Assembly: GCA_030452225.1 (NCBI GenBank)
Contig: JAKDMP010000001.1
Coordinates: forward strand, 1-54,770
Source: Gammaproteobacteria bacterium
GTDB lineage: Bacteria > Pseudomonadota > Gammaproteobacteria > JAKDMP01
DNA length: 54,770 nt
Direction: 5' to 3'
Shown here: one piece after another, positions 53,994 to 54,770 of the stretch
Position numbering within the stretch: position 1 is the stretch's first letter
Layout: every line of letters begins with the position of its first letter
The notes under the pieces: generated by a model
Databases searched by the model: none
What the model was told of the DNA's origin: nothing
Seen by the model: the letters and a program-made list of their open reading frames with translations, nothing else
Program-made: the position numbers and the translations under genes

Positions 53994-54707
53994 ATGCGCA
54001 AACTATTATTGATATCCATCGTCGGAGCGGCTATCGGAGCTCTCGGTCTGGGTGGCTCGATGACCTTGGCCGCGAACACCAATATGAATGGCAATACGAA
54101 CACCAATACCTTCGAAAGCTGGGACGCGAATCATGACGGCGTGATCACGATGGACGAATTTTACGGTCCGACGAGCGACCCGGGGCTCTATTCCTCCTGG
54201 GACACCAACGGCGACGGATTGATCGATCACAAGGAGTGGACCTTCATCGGCTGGGACTACGACTACGACGTCTGGGATCTCGACAACAACGGCTACCTGG
54301 ATGCCCACGAATTGTATGTCGGCATGTTCACCGTCTCCGACAAGAACCACGACAAGAAACTGGACCAGAACGAATTCAATGACGCCCGCTACCTCGAATT
54401 CAGCACCTGGGACGAAAACGGCGACCGAAAGATCACCCGGGACGAGTTCTACGGCATGGTCGGCGACTGGGGCGTCTATCCCAGCTGGGACGACAATCAC
54501 AACGGCGTAATAGATTCGAACGAATGGAACGCCATCGGCTGGGATCATGACTTCGCCAGTTGGGATACCGACGACAACGATTATCTGGACGCCGCAGAAA
54601 TTTATGACGGTATGTTCATTTTCTACGACACCGACAAGGACGGCAGCTGGGAACGCGTCGAGTGGGCGGACTTCAACGAGGACACGGGCCTCTGGCTCAA
54701 CCGGTAA
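53994..54707 (+). CDS. Secreted protein with eight canonical EF-hand Ca2+-binding loops (two tandem 96-residue modules)
   Basis: ATG 53994 has GGAGG 5 nt upstream. The signal peptide is MRKLLLISIVGAAIGALGLGGSMTLA|AN. The loops are DANHDGVITMDE, DTNGDGLIDHKE, DLDNNGYLDAHE, DKNHDKKLDQNE, DENGDRKITRDE, DDNHNGVIDSNE, DTDDNDYLDAAE and DTDKDGSWERVE, and most are preceded by Trp. GC is lower than in the rest of the window. Confidence 0.8.
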   Translation: MRKLLLISIVGAAIGALGLGGSMTLAANTNMNGNTNTNTFESWDANHDGVITMDEFYGPTSDPGLYSSWDTNGDGLIDHKEWTFIGWDYDYDVWDLDNNGYLDAHELYVGMFTVSDKNHDKKLDQNEFNDARYLEFSTWDENGDRKITRDEFYGMVGDWGVYPSWDDNHNGVIDSNEWNAIGWDHDFASWDTDDNDYLDAAEIYDGMFIFYDTDKDGSWERVEWADFNEDTGLWLNR

Positions 54708-54770
54708 ATCGTCCCGTCACAGACTCGCGCGCGGTGGAGGGGGCCCCCCAGGGCCCCCCCCCCCCCCCCC

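Noticed and set aside
54739-54770. GGGGGCC-N6-GGCCCCC hairpin followed by a 17-nt poly-C run at the very end of the window
   Set aside because: A homopolymer at a contig terminus is most simply a sequencing or assembly artefact. There is no T-run, so it is not a convincing intrinsic terminator.

Overview
This is a high-GC chromosomal segment whose gene order is typical of Gammaproteobacteria (rpoE-rseA-rseB-lepA-lepB-rnc-era-recO-pdxJ-acpS, and ruvCAB-ybgC-tolQRAB-pal-cpoB-queE-queC-tRNA-Lys). I can support about 60 protein genes and one tRNA-Lys(UUU). I found no rRNA, CRISPR array, transposase or integrase. Most of the window is tightly packed housekeeping, with many 4-nt ATGA stop/start overlaps. 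Many long ORFs in the supplied track are Arg/Gly/Ala/Pro-rich antisense shadows of real genes and were rejected. Several track ORFs also start too far upstream, because the track reports GTG and TTG starts as M. Unusual content: (1) At the left edge, a minus-strand ORF of more than 1,280 codons is missing from the track because it runs off the window. It encodes a signal-peptide-bearing SpvB/TcB-like, FG-GAP and RHS-repeat protein, and its toxin tip and any immunity gene lie outside the window. (2) A compact 556-aa RelA homologue ends right after the zinc-finger (CC) domain and has no room for an ACT/RRM domain. (3) A lower-GC orphan 256-aa coiled-coil protein follows a DUF1249 gene. (4) The hut locus (hutG, hutF, hutI, hutH) has no hutU or hutC and is split by a small outer-membrane beta-barrel gene. 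(5) There is a GGDEF-domain relic. (6) At the right edge, a secreted protein carries eight canonical EF-hand loops in an exact 96-residue duplication. (7) REP-like palindromes share a GTCATTCC head, and one supplies the last codons and the stop of hutI. (8) A perfect 3 x 13 bp tandem repeat abuts the start of an M50 protease gene. (9) A 74-aa half-YkuD (L,D-transpeptidase) microprotein has Pro at the catalytic His position. I did not find convincing evidence for a complete new multi-gene system (defence, secretion or mobile) inside the window. The edge-truncated RHS locus is the best lead. All function calls rest on motif recognition by eye; no database search was run.
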